This document shows positions 40,640-54,308 of a stretch of DNA of 64,000 bases, in pieces. Positions within the stretch are counted from its first letter, which is position 1. Every line of letters begins with the position of its first letter. Source of the DNA: Carcharhinus longimanus. Its lineage: Eukaryota. Made by a program: the position numbers and the translations under genes. The stretch lies in NCBI GenBank assembly GCA_030264375.1, contig JASCQW010000162.1, positions 103,193,352 to 103,257,351 of the forward strand, in the 5' to 3' direction. The notes under the pieces were generated by a model. It was not told the DNA's origin. It searched no databases and worked only from the letters and a program-made list of their open reading frames with translations.

Positions 40640-40936
40640 AAATTTATTTATTAGTGTCACAAGCTGGCTTACATTAATACTGCAATGAAGTTACTGTGAA
40701 AATCTCCGCGTCGCCACACTTCGGCATCTGTTCAGGTACACTGAGGAAGAATTTAGCATGGCCAATCTGCCTAAACAGCACGTCTTTTGAACTGTGGGAG
40801 GAAACCGGAGCACAGAGGAAACCTACACAGACACGGGGAGAATGTGCAGTCTCTGCACAGACAGTGGTCCAAGCCAGGAATCGAATCTGGGTCCGTGGTG
40901 CTATGAGGCAGCAGTACTAAACACTGTGCCACTGTG
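40640..40936 (-). mobile_element. HE1/V-SINE-like SINE, alternative tail
   Basis: Reverse complement of the 22331/23791 family. Confidence 0.9.
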
Positions 40937-41371
40937 AGCGAGTCACAAAGTAGCTACACATTTTACTCTTTTTTCCTATCTACAGAACATGGCGAGTACC
41001 AGCAGTGGTCCATTTGAGTTTCTCACCAGAAAGAATGTTCGAATTTAAGAAAGGGAAGCATCACCAGTGAAAACTAAATTTAGTATTCTTATAATATATC
41101 AGAATAATTAGAAATAACTTGTCAGTCACGCAGAGAATTGCAAACCTGTCAGATTTGAATATTTATAAACTCAATTAAATGAAAAATTCAGATGCTATTA
41201 AATAATCAAATTCCTCAGCACCAAACCTATAGCAAATGGTTTGCATTAATCTGATAAGGTATACCTGATTTATATTTTACAATGGAATATTCAGAAGACA
41301 AGATTAAGAACTCAATGAAAAGAAAACAATAGCTGAAATAACAAAATTACATAGAAAACTTTGATACTCAC

Positions 41372-41500
41372 CAGTCCATGGTTGTCTGGTAACATGACAA
41401 TTATTTGTGCATTGTGGTCCCAAATCATTCGCCAAAAGTCCTTTGTGGTGTGTGGCAAAGGATGCTGGGTAATAATAAATTCATTGCTTCTGTAATATCC
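41372..41500 (-). CDS. PTPRG: PTPRG coding exon, D2 ([43 protein letters not shown])
   Basis: Manual translation. 129 nt, phase 0-0, DFWRMIW motif, tttatag acceptor, gtgagt donor. Confidence 0.96.
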
Positions 41501-42569
41501 CTATAAAAATTGAACAGACGTTTTAATTATTATCTGCGTGATGAGTAGAAGCACATAAGGCACATTTCTCCAAGCTCTTCTGAGATATCAGAACTTCTCT
41601 TTTCAAATTAATATATTTTAAAAAATATTTCTCTCCTGGCTTTTAAGAAAAAGATAACGTAGAGACACTAAGTGACATCTGTTTAGTACATTATAGTGTA
41701 TATTCATAGAATCTTATAGCAGAGACTATTCATTCTCTGAAAAAGAGTTCTCTAATTAGTTGTGCTCCCCTGCTCTTTCCTCAGCCCTGCAAATTTCTCT
41801 TTTTCAAGTAGATTTCAAATTCCCTTTGTAAGTTATTATTCAATGTACAGAACAAGAATTTAGTTTGTGACAGGAAATTATATGTACATGAAAGAAAGGA
41901 ACCTGCAATTTTATAATTCCTTTCATTTCTTCAAGACATCCTTGAGCACTTCAAACCAGTTAAATTCTTCTGAAGTATAGTCGCTATTGCAATGCAGAAA
42001 AATGCAGCAGCTAACTGGCATTCAGCCAGATGCCACAGACAGAATAAAATAAATGCCCTGAAAATATTCAACAGTGTTGACTGAGGGATAAATTAAAGAA
42101 ACATAAAGTCTTATAATTCAGCATGAGCATTCTGCCCATCATACGAGACATGTAGGGAGTTGGCTGTAGCCATGCAGCTGCTGAACAATTCTTATTAACG
42201 AAGCTTTTTTGTGTACAGTAACAAAGTCTGTGAGAGTGCATCTTCACAAGTTAGCAAAATCATGATGGGCAAATGGCTTCCTGCTGAACTGTCGGATTCT
42301 ATGCTCCCAAAATGTTCCTTTGCCTAAGAGAGCTCCAGCCCTAGGGTGATTCCCCACTCTGAGTCTTAACTGGTCCCCAGGCCAGGTCACACTTAATCTG
42401 CTGTGCTGCCCTTAAAGATATAATTACCACATAGCTCTTTAAAAGAACTATCCAGTTTAATTCCACATTTTTTTCCATAACTCTGAAAATTAGACCTAAT
42501 CTGTCCAATTGCATTTTGAGAGTTCCAATGGAACCTGCTGCCACCAATCATTCATTCAAAATCTTAATA

Positions 42570-44135
42570 ATGCTTTTGATGATGGGTGATGGGGTGCTGT
42601 CTATAAAGTTCAGCAACCAGATTGGCAATAAGCTTATAGTCTCCACAATGTCAGATCAACTTATCTGGCTTAAGGACAGGAACAACAGGTGCAGCCCACT
42701 CCGCGAACCGTACGGGTCTTATTGTGCCCAGTTTTTCCAGGTGTTCCAGTTCCAACTCTACTTTTTCCAGTAAGGAATATGGAACTGATATCTCTCTAAA
42801 ATACTTAGGCGTAGCATCGGAGTAGACATAGATCTTAGCTTCAGCTCCCCTTATTTTTCAAACCTCTTCTTGGAAGGCTTTGGGACACTTATTGATGNNN
42901 NNNNNNNNNNNNNNNCACCCAGCCTGAAGATCTCCAGTCATTTCATTCTGATGTGTTGGAGCCAGTTTCTCCCCATGAGACTATGTCCTTGTCCCCATTC
43001 AATGATGAGTTGAAGTCGAGCCGACTGCTACCTATAAGTCACTAGGAATGCTGTGCTGCCCTTCATCTGCAATGCCCCCCTCCTCCCCCTCCCATCCAAC
43101 CGTAAAGGTGGCCAGTCTGGCTATTGTGCTTTCTAAGTTCAGGAGATGAATACCAGCCCAAAGGCAGCTCCCTAATAACAGAGACTACAGCCTCCATATC
43201 CACTTAGGTGACCATTTTCTAACACCTCCACCATTATGGGAGCAATCCTTGTCATGGAGATGCAATTTAATTACTTTACCTCTATTCCTGGTTGTGGGCC
43301 AACCTACAAGCAATGATCCAACAATAGCCCTGGCCTGTTTTTGAAATAGCATGTGTTTTGACTGCCCCTATAGTTGTGGTCTTCTGCAGCATTTGCAGTT
43401 GTCCACCATCTGGCTTCTATTATGCTACCTAGGTGTCCGTGACATTCCTTGGCTGCCCAGTGATGTGATTTGGACTCCACTGCTGTAGGGGATTCTGAGA
43501 TATTTTACCAATAGCATTGCTCTCAGTTGAGGGATGGACATTGCATGAGACCCCGCCCCCCCAATCGAAGAACAATGCTATCCGACATCCCCTATAGTTC
43601 CTGAACTCCTTTCTCTGTGTTCTCCAATGATACAGCTATCTCAATGGCCTTCTTTAGATTCAAATTGGGTTCTGCCAATAATTTTTTTTGGGCTGTTACA
43701 TTGTTAATTTCACAGACCAATCCATCTCGTAACATGTCATTCAGGAGGGCCCAAATTCACAGTGCTCTGTCAATTTTTGTAACTTGATCAGAAATTCAGT
43801 GGCAGATTCCTCAGAGATTCATCCTGCCATGTTAATGTGGTATCACTGGAGTATTTTGGAAGGTTTTGTATCACAGTAGCCTGTAACCAAGTCCACTAAT
43901 TCACTAAAGGTTTTGGAGTCAGGGGCATCCGAATAGGTAAGCTTTTTAGTACACTGAAGGTCAAGATCCTGCATGCCATCACCAGGATCACTTTCTGTTT
44001 CACGTCTCCCTCAATAATGTTGGCCCGAAAAAGTAATGCATGCACTCTGTGTATTGGGCCCAGTCTACAATGCTTTCACCGTAAGCTTCAGGTTTACCAA
44101 GGCTAGGATTACTCGTTTCAACAGTAAAAATGGTT
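42570..44135 (-). mobile_element. Gypsy/Ty3-like gag-protease-RT remnant
   Basis: Minus-strand peptides: KLQKLTEHCEFG and NDMLRDG (gag), VDMEAVVSVI (decayed protease DTGA), VPYSLLEKVELELEHLEKLGTIRPVRFAEWAAPVVPVLKPD (RT N-terminus). Confidence 0.85.
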
Positions 44136-45234
44136 GGNNNNNNNNNNNNNNNNNNNNNNNNNNNNNNNNNNNNNNNNNNNNNNNNNNNNNNNNNNNNNNN
44201 NNNNNNNNNNNNNNNNNNNNNNNNNNNNNNNNNNNNNCTTTACTCCTCATCAGCAATACAATAATCTTAAGAAGTGGTGTTCAGCAGCTACAGAATGCAG
44301 GTCAGGCCCAAGTCTTTTGACTGCTGGCCTGACTGGAACCAGCTGGTTTTAACCACCCCCAAGCCACACAGCTCTGTCTGTATTGAGCAAGCTCATATTC
44401 TATGAGGCTCATAATCTATTGTTGATCCCGCATGGCCCACCATAATATCACCAAAGTTATCATTGGCTCTTTAATACCACGTCCTTTTATTTTCCAAATA
44501 TATTATGAGATATTTTATCAAATGTTTGTTGAAAGTCCTTAGAAACAACATCTACTGCATTGCCTTTATCAACACTCTGCCTCTTATCAAAGAACTTAAT
44601 CAGGTTAGTTAACCATGGCTTGCCTTTAACACCAATGCCATTGACTCATATTAAAATATGCTTTTTCCAATTGGGAAATAATTTTGTTCTTGACAATGGT
44701 CTCTAGTGGCTTTTCCCATCACTAACATTGGACTGATTGGCTTGCAGTTACCAGATTCATTCCTCTTCTCTTTTGAACAGGGGTGCAAATATTTGCAATC
44801 CTTCAATTCAATTTGATCACTCCCACAACTAAGGAGATTTGAAAGATTGTTGTTAGAATTTCAGCTATTTCCTCTTTAGCTTTCCTCAGCACTGCAGCAA
44901 CTCTCTAAAACTTCTTTGACAGCACCTCCCAAACCAACTAGAAGGACAAGGGCAGCAGGTGCATGGGATTGCTACTTCTATGTTCCCTGCCAAGTCACAC
45001 ACCATTCTGACTTGCAAACATATTGCCATTCCTTCATTGTGACTGGTTTAGAATCCTAGAACTCCCAAACTAACAACATTGTGGTAATAGCTTTTGCTAC
45101 ATAGATTCTAATGGTTCAAGCAGGTGGCTCAACACCACCTTCTCAACATTAAGTAGGGATTGCCAATTAATGCTGGCCTAGCCTGTGATGACCACATCCC
45201 ATGAAATAATACATTTAAAAAAGTGTTGGCCAAG

Positions 45235-45455
45235 GAACAAGGAGAATTCCATCACTCTTTATACAATATTATCACAATTTTTTAATATCTACCTAACACA
45301 GCAGATGGTTTAAGATTATATTCAAAAGAAAGCACTCCTACAATGCAGTGCACACTCAGTACTGTACTGAAGTGTCAGCCTAGATTATTGGCTTAAGTCT
45401 TTGGAGTGGAACTTGAACCCAAGATCTTCTGACCTGGAGTGAGAGTCCTACTACA
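45235..45455 (-). mobile_element. Old SINE, Deu-domain/SacSINE1-like
   Basis: Reverse-complement homolog of 63800..64000 (ggttcaagt...ctcca...gact...ggctgacac...cagtactga). Family name recalled, not searched. Confidence 0.55.
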
Positions 45456-45924
45456 TTTTTAAAGCCAACAAAGCCATATTGCATAAAGTCAGGATCATTT
45501 TGCATTTACAACAAAAGTTAACCGATTCAACTTGATATCTAAATGCAAAGATGCTTGATTACTCTCAGGAAATCACTGAATATATAAAATCAATGAGAGC
45601 AAAATAGCTGGATCAATCATCTCTTCAAGTGAAAGGAATGGGAAAAACAAACTTCTTCAGGACTAAACATTCCAGATTTAGCATATTAATTGCGTAAAAC
45701 ATAAAATGGGTAACTTCTGTCTTGTTTAAGTGTTCATGATGGTTTATAGTTTGTAGGTTATGCATCCATTAAGTAAATTATTTCAAAATGTGAAATCAAA
45801 CAGACTTTGCTATTTGATATAAGAATCATAACAGGCTATCCAAGAGGTTATGCATATTTGAGGATTGCATTTCCAATCTTGTCTTTTGATTATAGCTTTA
45901 CATGTTTATGAAATCATCTTGGAA

Positions 45925-46672
45925 ATACAAGTGTGGACGTAGCTTGGCTGGTGTTGAGGAAGGCTCTCCCTGTCAGCTCCTATCTATGTGCCCGGAGTCT
46001 CAACCCATTTGCACATTTTGCAGTGAGGAAGTGACAGTTGAGCTTCCTCTTGTTGAATGTGCCTTTGCAAAGAAGGCCTGGAAAGAGATATGGCGGTTTT
46101 TGTCAAGGTGCATCCCAAGCAGTTCTGTGATGTTGGACTCTATGCGTTTTTGATTGTTTCCAGAGCTACACAAGACAAACATCAACTGCAGCTGGGGGAA
46201 TCATCATTTCAGTGAAAGATACTCTTTGGTCTGCCCGAAACCTGTTGGTCTTCCACTGTGAAGAGCTGTCCTTGACTGAGTGTTGCAAAGTGGTACATTT
46301 CAAAATCCAGGATTACATGCTTGGGGCAGCTGTTGCTGAGGCATAATGAAGAAAAGTACTGTCTAAGATCTTTCAGCCATAGTGCAATGAATGACATTGA
46401 ATGCATGCAATGAAGATTACATGTATTGTATTGTAGCAATTGCACTGAAGCACTTCAGGGTGGAACACGATCTAAGCAGACAACTTAAATATCATTGTTC
46501 TTTCTGTAATGAAATTTTGAAATGCCGGCGATGTTCCTTTTATTGTATTAAAGCACCTCAGAGTGCAACATGACCTGTGTAGAAAACTTGAATATTATTG
46601 TGCTGTGATGGTCATTTTGGTTTGGAATGTTCTTTCAGACATTTTATAAATAAAGTATATGTTTGCAAAAGA
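45925..46672 (+). mobile_element. L1/Tx1-like LINE 3' fragment
   Basis: ORF 45902..46153 (C..C.EEVTVELPLVECAFAKKAW) is a decayed CCHC zinc knuckle. Downstream VKDTLWSARNLLVF; ends AATAAA...caaaa. Confidence 0.75.
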
Positions 46673-46706
46673 AGTGTTAAAAATACAACTCTTAGTTATA
46701 GCTTAC

Positions 46707-46783
46707 CATAATGTAGGAGGCATTAATATAGTCAGTTCCCTTTGTTCCAGGTAATGGTGCAAGGCCTACCCGAGCTCGTTCCG
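46707..46783 (-). CDS. PTPRG: PTPRG coding exon, D2 ((S)[25 protein letters not shown])
   Basis: Manual translation. 77 nt, phase 1-0, DYINAS motif, tttcag acceptor, gtaagc donor. Confidence 0.95.
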
Positions 46784-47886
46784 CTGAAAGATAGGATAAG
46801 TTCACAAACTGTTTCAGGTAAGAATGTTGGTTCAAAAATAATTACATTGCACTCAAGCGTACGGTACCTCCTCCCAAATAAATATGTTAAAGATCCAGAA
46901 TTTTACAGGCTCCCAGGGAGGGGGTGAAAAATCAGGTGAGATGGTCAGAGAAGGCATTTTACAAGTGCCAGGCAAGATGGTGGGTGAATGGTTCTCCTAC
47001 CCTTAGCTTCAATAAGGCCCTTAAATGGCAAGTTAAGGTATTTTACCAGTGTTGGGTGGGCATTTCGCTATATGGAGAGNNNNNNNGGTACACTTTTGCA
47101 ACTTCCTTGCAGGCTTGTGGTTGGGGAACCTTCTGTACTGTGTTCCATGGAGTTTCTGCATCTCCCCCACACCTCGGCAAGGGCCTTCCCCCCCCTGCTG
47201 CAACCCCTGCTTACTCTCACAAATAACCCACCTCTACCCTGCTGGGGCCAACTTAATGTGATTTAGGATTTCGCCTGTTGATGCTGCTGCCGCCTGGTTG
47301 ATTCATCGGCAGCGGCCATTGCTCCCAGTGGAACTGCGGGGACAAAAGGCTGCTGATCATCCAATTGGCTCATAGTCCACAGGGGTGGAACTTTGTCCCT
47401 TAATAGGGAAACCTGACTGCAGTAGTTAAATGCACGCTTTATGTAAAATTGGGTCGGGATCCTATGACTGGCCGAAGCAGGTTTACTCCCCAACTTTCAG
47501 ACCAGTGGGCTGGTTCACTGTAAAATCCTGGCCAGGATGCTGTACAATAAACTAAAATTTCATCTCGAAAACTTTTAGTCACAGCCTTGCTGATTTTAAA
47601 ATTAATTTTGCAACATGGTTATATGGCAGTATTTGGAAAAACAATGTGAGTAGTTTATAGCTACTTTAACCACATAAATCAGGCTTGTATGCTTAGCATA
47701 ACAGAAGAGGTCAAAAATGCGTAAAGAATAAATTTTTAAAGTAATGTTTTTCACTTTCCAATCAATAATTGTGAAGTCTCACTGCCAAGGTACTTAAGGT
47801 TCTTACAATTAATCTTCAAATATGAAAATAGCTGAGTTATAAATATGTCACTTTCTCACTAATCCCCAAAGCAGATGTCATCTTAC

Positions 47887-47980
47887 ATGGCACAACTGAG
47901 GAGTTTCTGTTCTTCTCTTTATTGCATTCTTTCTGGGCACTGAAGCACTCTATAAATTTTGCATTACATTGAGTTACCAA
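47887..47980 (-). CDS. PTPRG: PTPRG coding exon, start of D2 ([31 protein letters not shown])
   Basis: Manual translation. 94 nt, phase 0-1, ttttttacag acceptor, gtaaga donor. Confidence 0.95.
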
Positions 47981-50467
47981 CTGTAAAAAAGATAGAGTTT
48001 AAGGGAAATCAGTGCAGAGTCAATATTGATAATTCAGTAGCAGATCTCTCAAATAGGAAAAATTGATAAAAACCATTTGATATCACAATATTTTACCAAT
48101 ACCTTGTCTGTTGAAACATAACCCAAATGAGAAACATAAACTGAAATTTAGCACTAAGACCACTTATCAATTCTATCCTAAAATGAGAAATATTTAATGC
48201 TAAAAGAAATCCCAATATCCAGGAGAAGAAAATGTAAAGGCATATTTAACAATTTGGATACACAACAGACAGAGGCAATTTTTCCCCCACAACTGTTTAA
48301 GAGTCAATTGTTCAACATTCCCAAATAACAAAACCAGATTTGCCATGAAATTCTCAGGTCTTATCTTTGGCTTGTCCCAGTTTTGGCTGGTGATCAGCAG
48401 AAATCCAATATTAACATAAAGTAAGTTCATATTAGACAGTTGAATCCTTAGGATAAATTGAGTAACTGCATTTTAAAAGGAATGCTGGGTGAGCAGTTTA
48501 TTTCACGTAGCACTACTTCAGGTATAGGCAGCTCTCTGAACTGCCTATGTGACCTGCGTCATGTTCTTCATTAATGTCATTGAAGAATGCCATGCAGGTA
48601 GTAGCTTGCGGTGGTTACTGCCCCTTGGGAAATCAACATAGTCTGTGTAGCACCACTACAAACACTGCTTTGCAAATGAATTTCTACTCCCCTAATCATA
48701 GCAGCCACAAGTGAAGTGGTGCATCTGAACATAATTGACACTGTTCAGTTGTCCAAACAAAGTTAGCAAAACACTTGTGAAAACTGCACTTCTTTAATTG
48801 TGTTGAGCACAGACAAAACTCATGAAATATGATCTCAATGAAGCTTGTATTTAAAGCAAAAATGGATGATAAATGATCCAATATCAGTGCAGTGTGCCAA
48901 GAATTACTAATAGCTCGAAGGCGATGAGGTTGCCCTTATGCATAAATACAAAGAAGATGGGAACTAGCAAGAGACCTGTAGGCCAGATCAAAGAAGTCTG
49001 TGGACCATTTCTTAGACATCAGTGCCTTAAATATCCCAGTAAATGACGTTCTATTTTTGTCAATAAATAAATAATATTGACAAAAAAGACTGCAAAGTGG
49101 TCTGTTTCAAGGTAGCTTTCAAAAGGAATATTAAATGCAAGACATTGACCACGTGCCCAGGCCAATTAGAACAAGATATTGTTTGGATAGACTGACTTCC
49201 TATTTATCAATTAAAACTAGGTTCATCCCAAATGGACCATGTTTCACATTGAAGAACACCACATCATTTTAATCCTTCAGGTCTCTGCCCTCCATGAAGT
49301 TGTGTTCTCTCTTTGCCTGCATAGAGGGAATGCAGAAAATTATGGGTGTGAAACATGGCTTGTGTGGGTAGGAAGAAAGACATTTGTGATGTGAGGCATT
49401 ACTGGAAGAGGGCAATAGCTTGAGGGTATTCAGACGTGGATGGAAGGTGCCTGGTAAGAGAGAAATAAATGCTATTGCAAGTTGTGTTGATTTGAGGAGT
49501 CTGTGCAGAAGAACATTGGGAAATGCAGGGTGGAGCTTAGTTCCTGAAAGTGTTATGCCATTCATCTTCCCTGCCCTCCAAAGGTCCAATGTCTCCAGAA
49601 TGGAGGAAATACGGTTCTGTTGCCAGCTTCTTAGATCACTCCCATTCACAACTTTTTATTTACTATTCATTCATTAATGGGGCATGGGGATTGGTGGCAA
49701 GGCCAGTATTTGTTGTCTACCATTAATTGCCATTGGTTTGAGACGTTATTCCACTCCTGTCCTTGGCAAACTTCACTTCAATCCCTCTGATTCCAAAGCA
49801 AAATCTCCAGGTAAGGATAAGAGACCTGACAGATTAGCCATCCCAACAGATTCCTGATCCTATAAATGGTGCCACCATTTTGGCGGGGTCTGCCTTTGAC
49901 AGTGGAATTTCTGCTCCATGATTCTAAGGCAAGTTTTGAGATTACCAAACAATTTTAGCACATCGTGCCCAACTTAATACCTCAGTCATATGCAGGTTTC
50001 ATGCCGGCAAAGCTGATTTACTGAACAATAGGTTTGTTAAAACTTTTTGATATCCAAGTTTAAACATCAACATTCCATCACCATTTAGCAAAGTGAAGAT
50101 GAAGCATCTCGATCTCAGTAAAGTTTAAGGCACAGAAGCATGGTTTGTGAACCCTCTATCTGGGAGATTTACATATATTTCTTAGTTATCTACTTCAAGT
50201 GTTTCTGTCACTTGAGTTAACCCATTCAACTGGGAATCAGTGCTTGATGCTATCACATACAAACAATGCAGCAGAACATGATTTAACATTGCATATTTGT
50301 TAACAGAAAAGAAACTCATCAAACACTTGTGAAGACTGAACCAGTCTAGGAGGTGAAAAGGAGAAGTACTGACAACACTGAACTACCAGTTATCTGTGTG
50401 GAGAAGACCTTTTAGTGGTAATCACAAACTGCCCAAAATATATATGTAGCTACAGCCATGAATCCTC

Positions 50468-50810
50468 AGATGGTTATTAAGAATGAAGCAGATACAATAG
50501 GTGAATCTTGCTCCCCACCTCCCCTCCCCCATCCCCCCGGAGAGTTTGGTGACAGGGAGAGGGGGGAGGCGCTTAATTGGGTAGAAGAGTGGCAAGTGGG
50601 GAACCTGCCACTCGCCTACCTCCACCCCAATTAAGTCTGTGGTAGGAAATCTTGTGGACGACCTTCCCAACCATTTGACAGTACTTGTTTGTTGCACTGG
50701 AACAAATTGAACATGGCACAGGCTTCCCGGTTGGGGGTGGGGGGTGGGGTCTGCTTGTACCCCCAGAGTTGCCAACTGAGGCCCTTATTGGATAATTATT
50801 GCTCAAACTT
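50468..50810 (+). repeat. Direct repeat, copy 1 (about 340 bp)
   Basis: Aligns by eye with 51338..51677 at roughly 90% identity. Confidence 0.92.
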
Positions 50811-51337
50811 GTCTTTAGTCCTCAATTGAACTATTCAGCAGCAAATCTGACTGAATACTGTAACTCCACTTGGGATATTAAGAGGGAATCCATTCTATTC
50901 ACTTGAGACAGTAAAGCAGAAAGTGAAGCAGAGCAGTAAACTCAATGAGGGAAGGACACAACAGTCCTGAACACATCTTCCACAAAACCAAATGTAGCTG
51001 GCCGCCAGTATGATTGGCTGATTGTGCCAAAGCATCGCGTTTGTGTTAGCTGATGTTCAGCCATCAGTATCAATTCAGAATGTACAATCTACAGCAGATG
51101 AAATATTGGTACACCATGATATGCTAAATCTAGAACAGGTGCTGTATTCAGCTTTACAAAATCTATAACTTGTCTACTGACACCTCATGTAAAATTCCTT
51201 TAAATTATATTGCCAAGGTTCAATTCCAAAGACACCTGTCCTCTCTACACCAATCCCTATTGTTATTTAATAACATATGAAAGAAATAGTAACATATGAA
51301 AGAAATGTATCACCCATTTTCCCACCACTCAAGCTGG

Positions 51338-51677
51338 AGATGGATATTAAGAATGAAGCAGATACAATAGGTGAACCTTGTCCCCCCCACCGCACCCCCC
51401 GCCAGATAATTTGGTGACAGGGAGAGGGGGGAGGCACTTAATTGGGCAGGAGAATGGCAAGTGGGGAACCTGCCACTTGCCTACCTCCACCCCAATTCAG
51501 TCTGTGGCAGAAAATCTTATGGACGACCTTCCTAACCACTTGACAGTACTCGTTTGTTGCACCGGAACAAATTGAACATGGCACAGGCTTCGCAGTTGGG
51601 GGTGGGGGGTGGGATCTGCTTGTGCCCCCAGAGTTGCCAAGTGAGGCCCTTCACATGGATAATTATTGCTCAAACTT
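51338..51677 (+). repeat. Direct repeat, copy 2 (about 340 bp)
   Basis: agatgg.tattaagaatgaagcagatacaataggtgaa...ggataattattgctcaaactt is shared with copy 1. Confidence 0.92.
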
Positions 51678-52322
51678 CACCTAATTTCAGCTGTTAATCC
51701 AGAGGGGAGTGAGGCGGACGCACCATGTGAAAAGTGCGAATAGCAAACCCTGGCATGTTTGCTTGTAGTTTCCTTTGCAGAGTCTGTATTTCAAACGCAT
51801 TCAAAGTCTGATGAGAGGACTTCGCATCAAAAGAGGGGGACACCATTGGAAGCCACTCCCTTGAATTTGTTACACACAAGTCTAATCAAAACCTAATCAG
51901 ACTCAGATTGGCTTGAATTTTCTATCCAAGTTTGTTTTTGACCACATTGTTACAATGACAAATTCAATGTATTTGGCTTTGATGTTCATTTCAGTATGAA
52001 CTGATTAAATATACTAAGGCAACTCAGCTTAAGATCTGACCTGGTTCATGGCACACTCCATAACTTAAGATGGATTTAAAGAAAATATATTGTATGGGAA
52101 AGGTCACAGATTTTCACAACATAACACTGCACAACTACATTGCTAATAAAAATATATCTGAATGTAAAAATATTTTAACATTTATATGGAGGAAGAACAA
52201 ATCAAAACTTATTTGATCATTCACAGTTTTAAACTTGTTGACTGGTGAAGGTTAGAACCTAATAGATCATGAGGTCTGGGGATCTGCTTTTCCTCTGGTG
52301 GCTGCAGGTCCCCTGGTGACAA

Positions 52323-52606
52323 GGGGTGGCACGGTGGTATAGTGGTTAGCACTGCTGCCTCACAGCGCCAGAGACCCAGATTCAATTCCTGGCTTGGGTC
52401 CCTGTCTGTGTGACATTTGCATGTTCTCCACATGTCTGCATAGGTTTCCTTTGGGTGCTCCGGTTTCCTCCCACAGTCTGAAAGATATGTTGGTTAGGTG
52501 CACTGACCCGAACAGGCGCTGGAGTGTGGTGGCTAGGGGAGTTCACAATAACTTCATTGCAGTGTTAAGCCTTACTTGTGACTAATAAATAAACTTTACT
52601 TTACTT
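52323..52606 (+). mobile_element. HE1/V-SINE-like SINE, alternative tail ending in (ACTTT)n
   Basis: Full head and the tail ...cttgtgactaataaataaactttactttacttt. Confidence 0.9.
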
Positions 52607-52871
52607 TGCATGCAGAGTGTCCTGGGGCAAGTCTCAGTGCCAGGTTTCCCCAAGCAACTCTCCATTTGGTCACAGCCCACACAAATGAAGAATGTCTTAT
52701 CCCTCAATCTGTATCTTACATTAAGTCAACACATTGCGGCAACAGACTTACTGCTGAACTGGACAAATCCTTCAGGAACAAAGCCGAGAGGACTGAGACC
52801 TCATGCAGCAAGTATCTTTCCCAATTTATTTTGCATTAGTGTGGGCACAGTAGTAATACAATATTGGGAAG

Positions 52872-53085
52872 TGGGTTGGCTCAGTTGGATGAACAGCTGG
52901 TTTGTTAGTGACACCAAAATCGTGGGTTCAATTTAAATACTGGCTGAGGTTATTCATGCAGGCCCACCTTCTCAACCTTGCCTCTTGTCTGAAGAGTGGT
53001 AATCCTCAGGTTAAATCACCACCACTCAGCTATCTCCTTCAAAGAGGAGATTAGTCTATGGTCATCTGGGACAATGCTGACTTTA
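52872..53085 (+). mobile_element. tRNA-derived SINE, third family
   Basis: Homolog of 13595..13822. Confidence 0.7.
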
Positions 53086-54229
53086 ATATAACATTGAACT
53101 GCAGGTAGTTTGGACATGTACAATCTAACATATAAAGACTGAATTATATTAGCTTGGGTATGTAAGAACATAGCAAGGTACTGGATATGTTTAGTAGTTA
53201 ATGAAGTGATGACCATCAGATATTGTGGCTGAAAAGACTGGATTTATGCAAATTGCTTCTAAGAGCACAATAAGCAGAGGTAGTACAGATTCTTCATTCT
53301 ATTGATCAAGCAACACAGGACTGAATGATGTATAGTGTGGCTTTATTGTTCTCTTAGATCAAGAGACAAGACTTTTCATTTTCTTGAAAGATGACGTAAG
53401 CACAACTGTGTTTTTCTAAAATAAGCATAGAAATAATTCATTCCAAGAAAGCTCTAAGCCACTGTCAAGGTGTAAAATTTGATCTGTTTTTAATGTTCAC
53501 ACCACTCAGAGTGCTGAAAAGGTTTCGGATTGATATCAACACAATGGTTTTATAAAGTAAGGTCAAAACTGTAGGCAAGGAATTTAGTTTACTGCGAAAT
53601 TCAACAAAAGCAAAATCTTCCCATGTGGATCAGTGAAGTGCGAATCCCATTGCCAATCAATTTGTAAGTCTGCTTTCAGCACATGTGGAAACCATTTGGT
53701 TTTAAATCAGAAGAATTTAAAACCAATGATTGTTGGATCACTTTATAACTGAAAAAGTAAGATAAATCCTGCTGTCATCACTATTAACTAACAGAAGAAT
53801 TCCAAATTATCAAATATATCTTCTTGGGAAGCATTTTTTTAAATAAAATTTATTACAAGCAGTTACTGTTTAATGAAGCTGTAGTAGGTGCAATAAAAAT
53901 TCCTGCACCAGAGTGATAACATGCAGATTTTTGTCTGCGATCTTCAGAAAAAAAGTCCTTATTCTTAGCTGTGCAGCTGAGTACTGTATCACTGAAGACA
54001 AGGCACTTTCCAGATTTAAGGCAACATTTTATAAAGGCAGACAAAAATAGCATGTTTAGAAATGTGCTAATAAAAACAATGCCTCCGTCACTTTACAAAA
54101 ATACTTTGGTAAAATTTCAGACCAAAATTAATTTTTGATCCAAAACTCAACATTTAAATAAAATATGCATTCTGAAAAATAGTGTCAGTTGGTATAAGGA
54201 TTCCTTGCCCGCCTTTACCTAATCTTCAA

Positions 54230-54308
54230 ATGATTGGCGGATGGTGACTAGTGGAGTGCCCCAGGGGTCGGTGCTGGGGCCTCAGCTTTTTACCATTTAT
54301 ATAGATGA
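54230..54308 (+). mobile_element. Young CR1 RT fragment abutting a gap
   Basis: Encodes VTSGVPQGSVLGPQLFTIYID, an intact CR1 RT motif. Confidence 0.88.

Noticed and set aside
50422-50470. IHGCSYIYILG resembling IHDALLEAILG of the missing exon
   Set aside because: Only scattered identities, no acceptor at the right place and an early stop.
53941-54000. Minus-strand STQLHS resembling SNQLHS of the missing PTPRG exon
   Set aside because: It is followed at once by TAA, has no flanking similarity and no fitting splice sites; a chance match.
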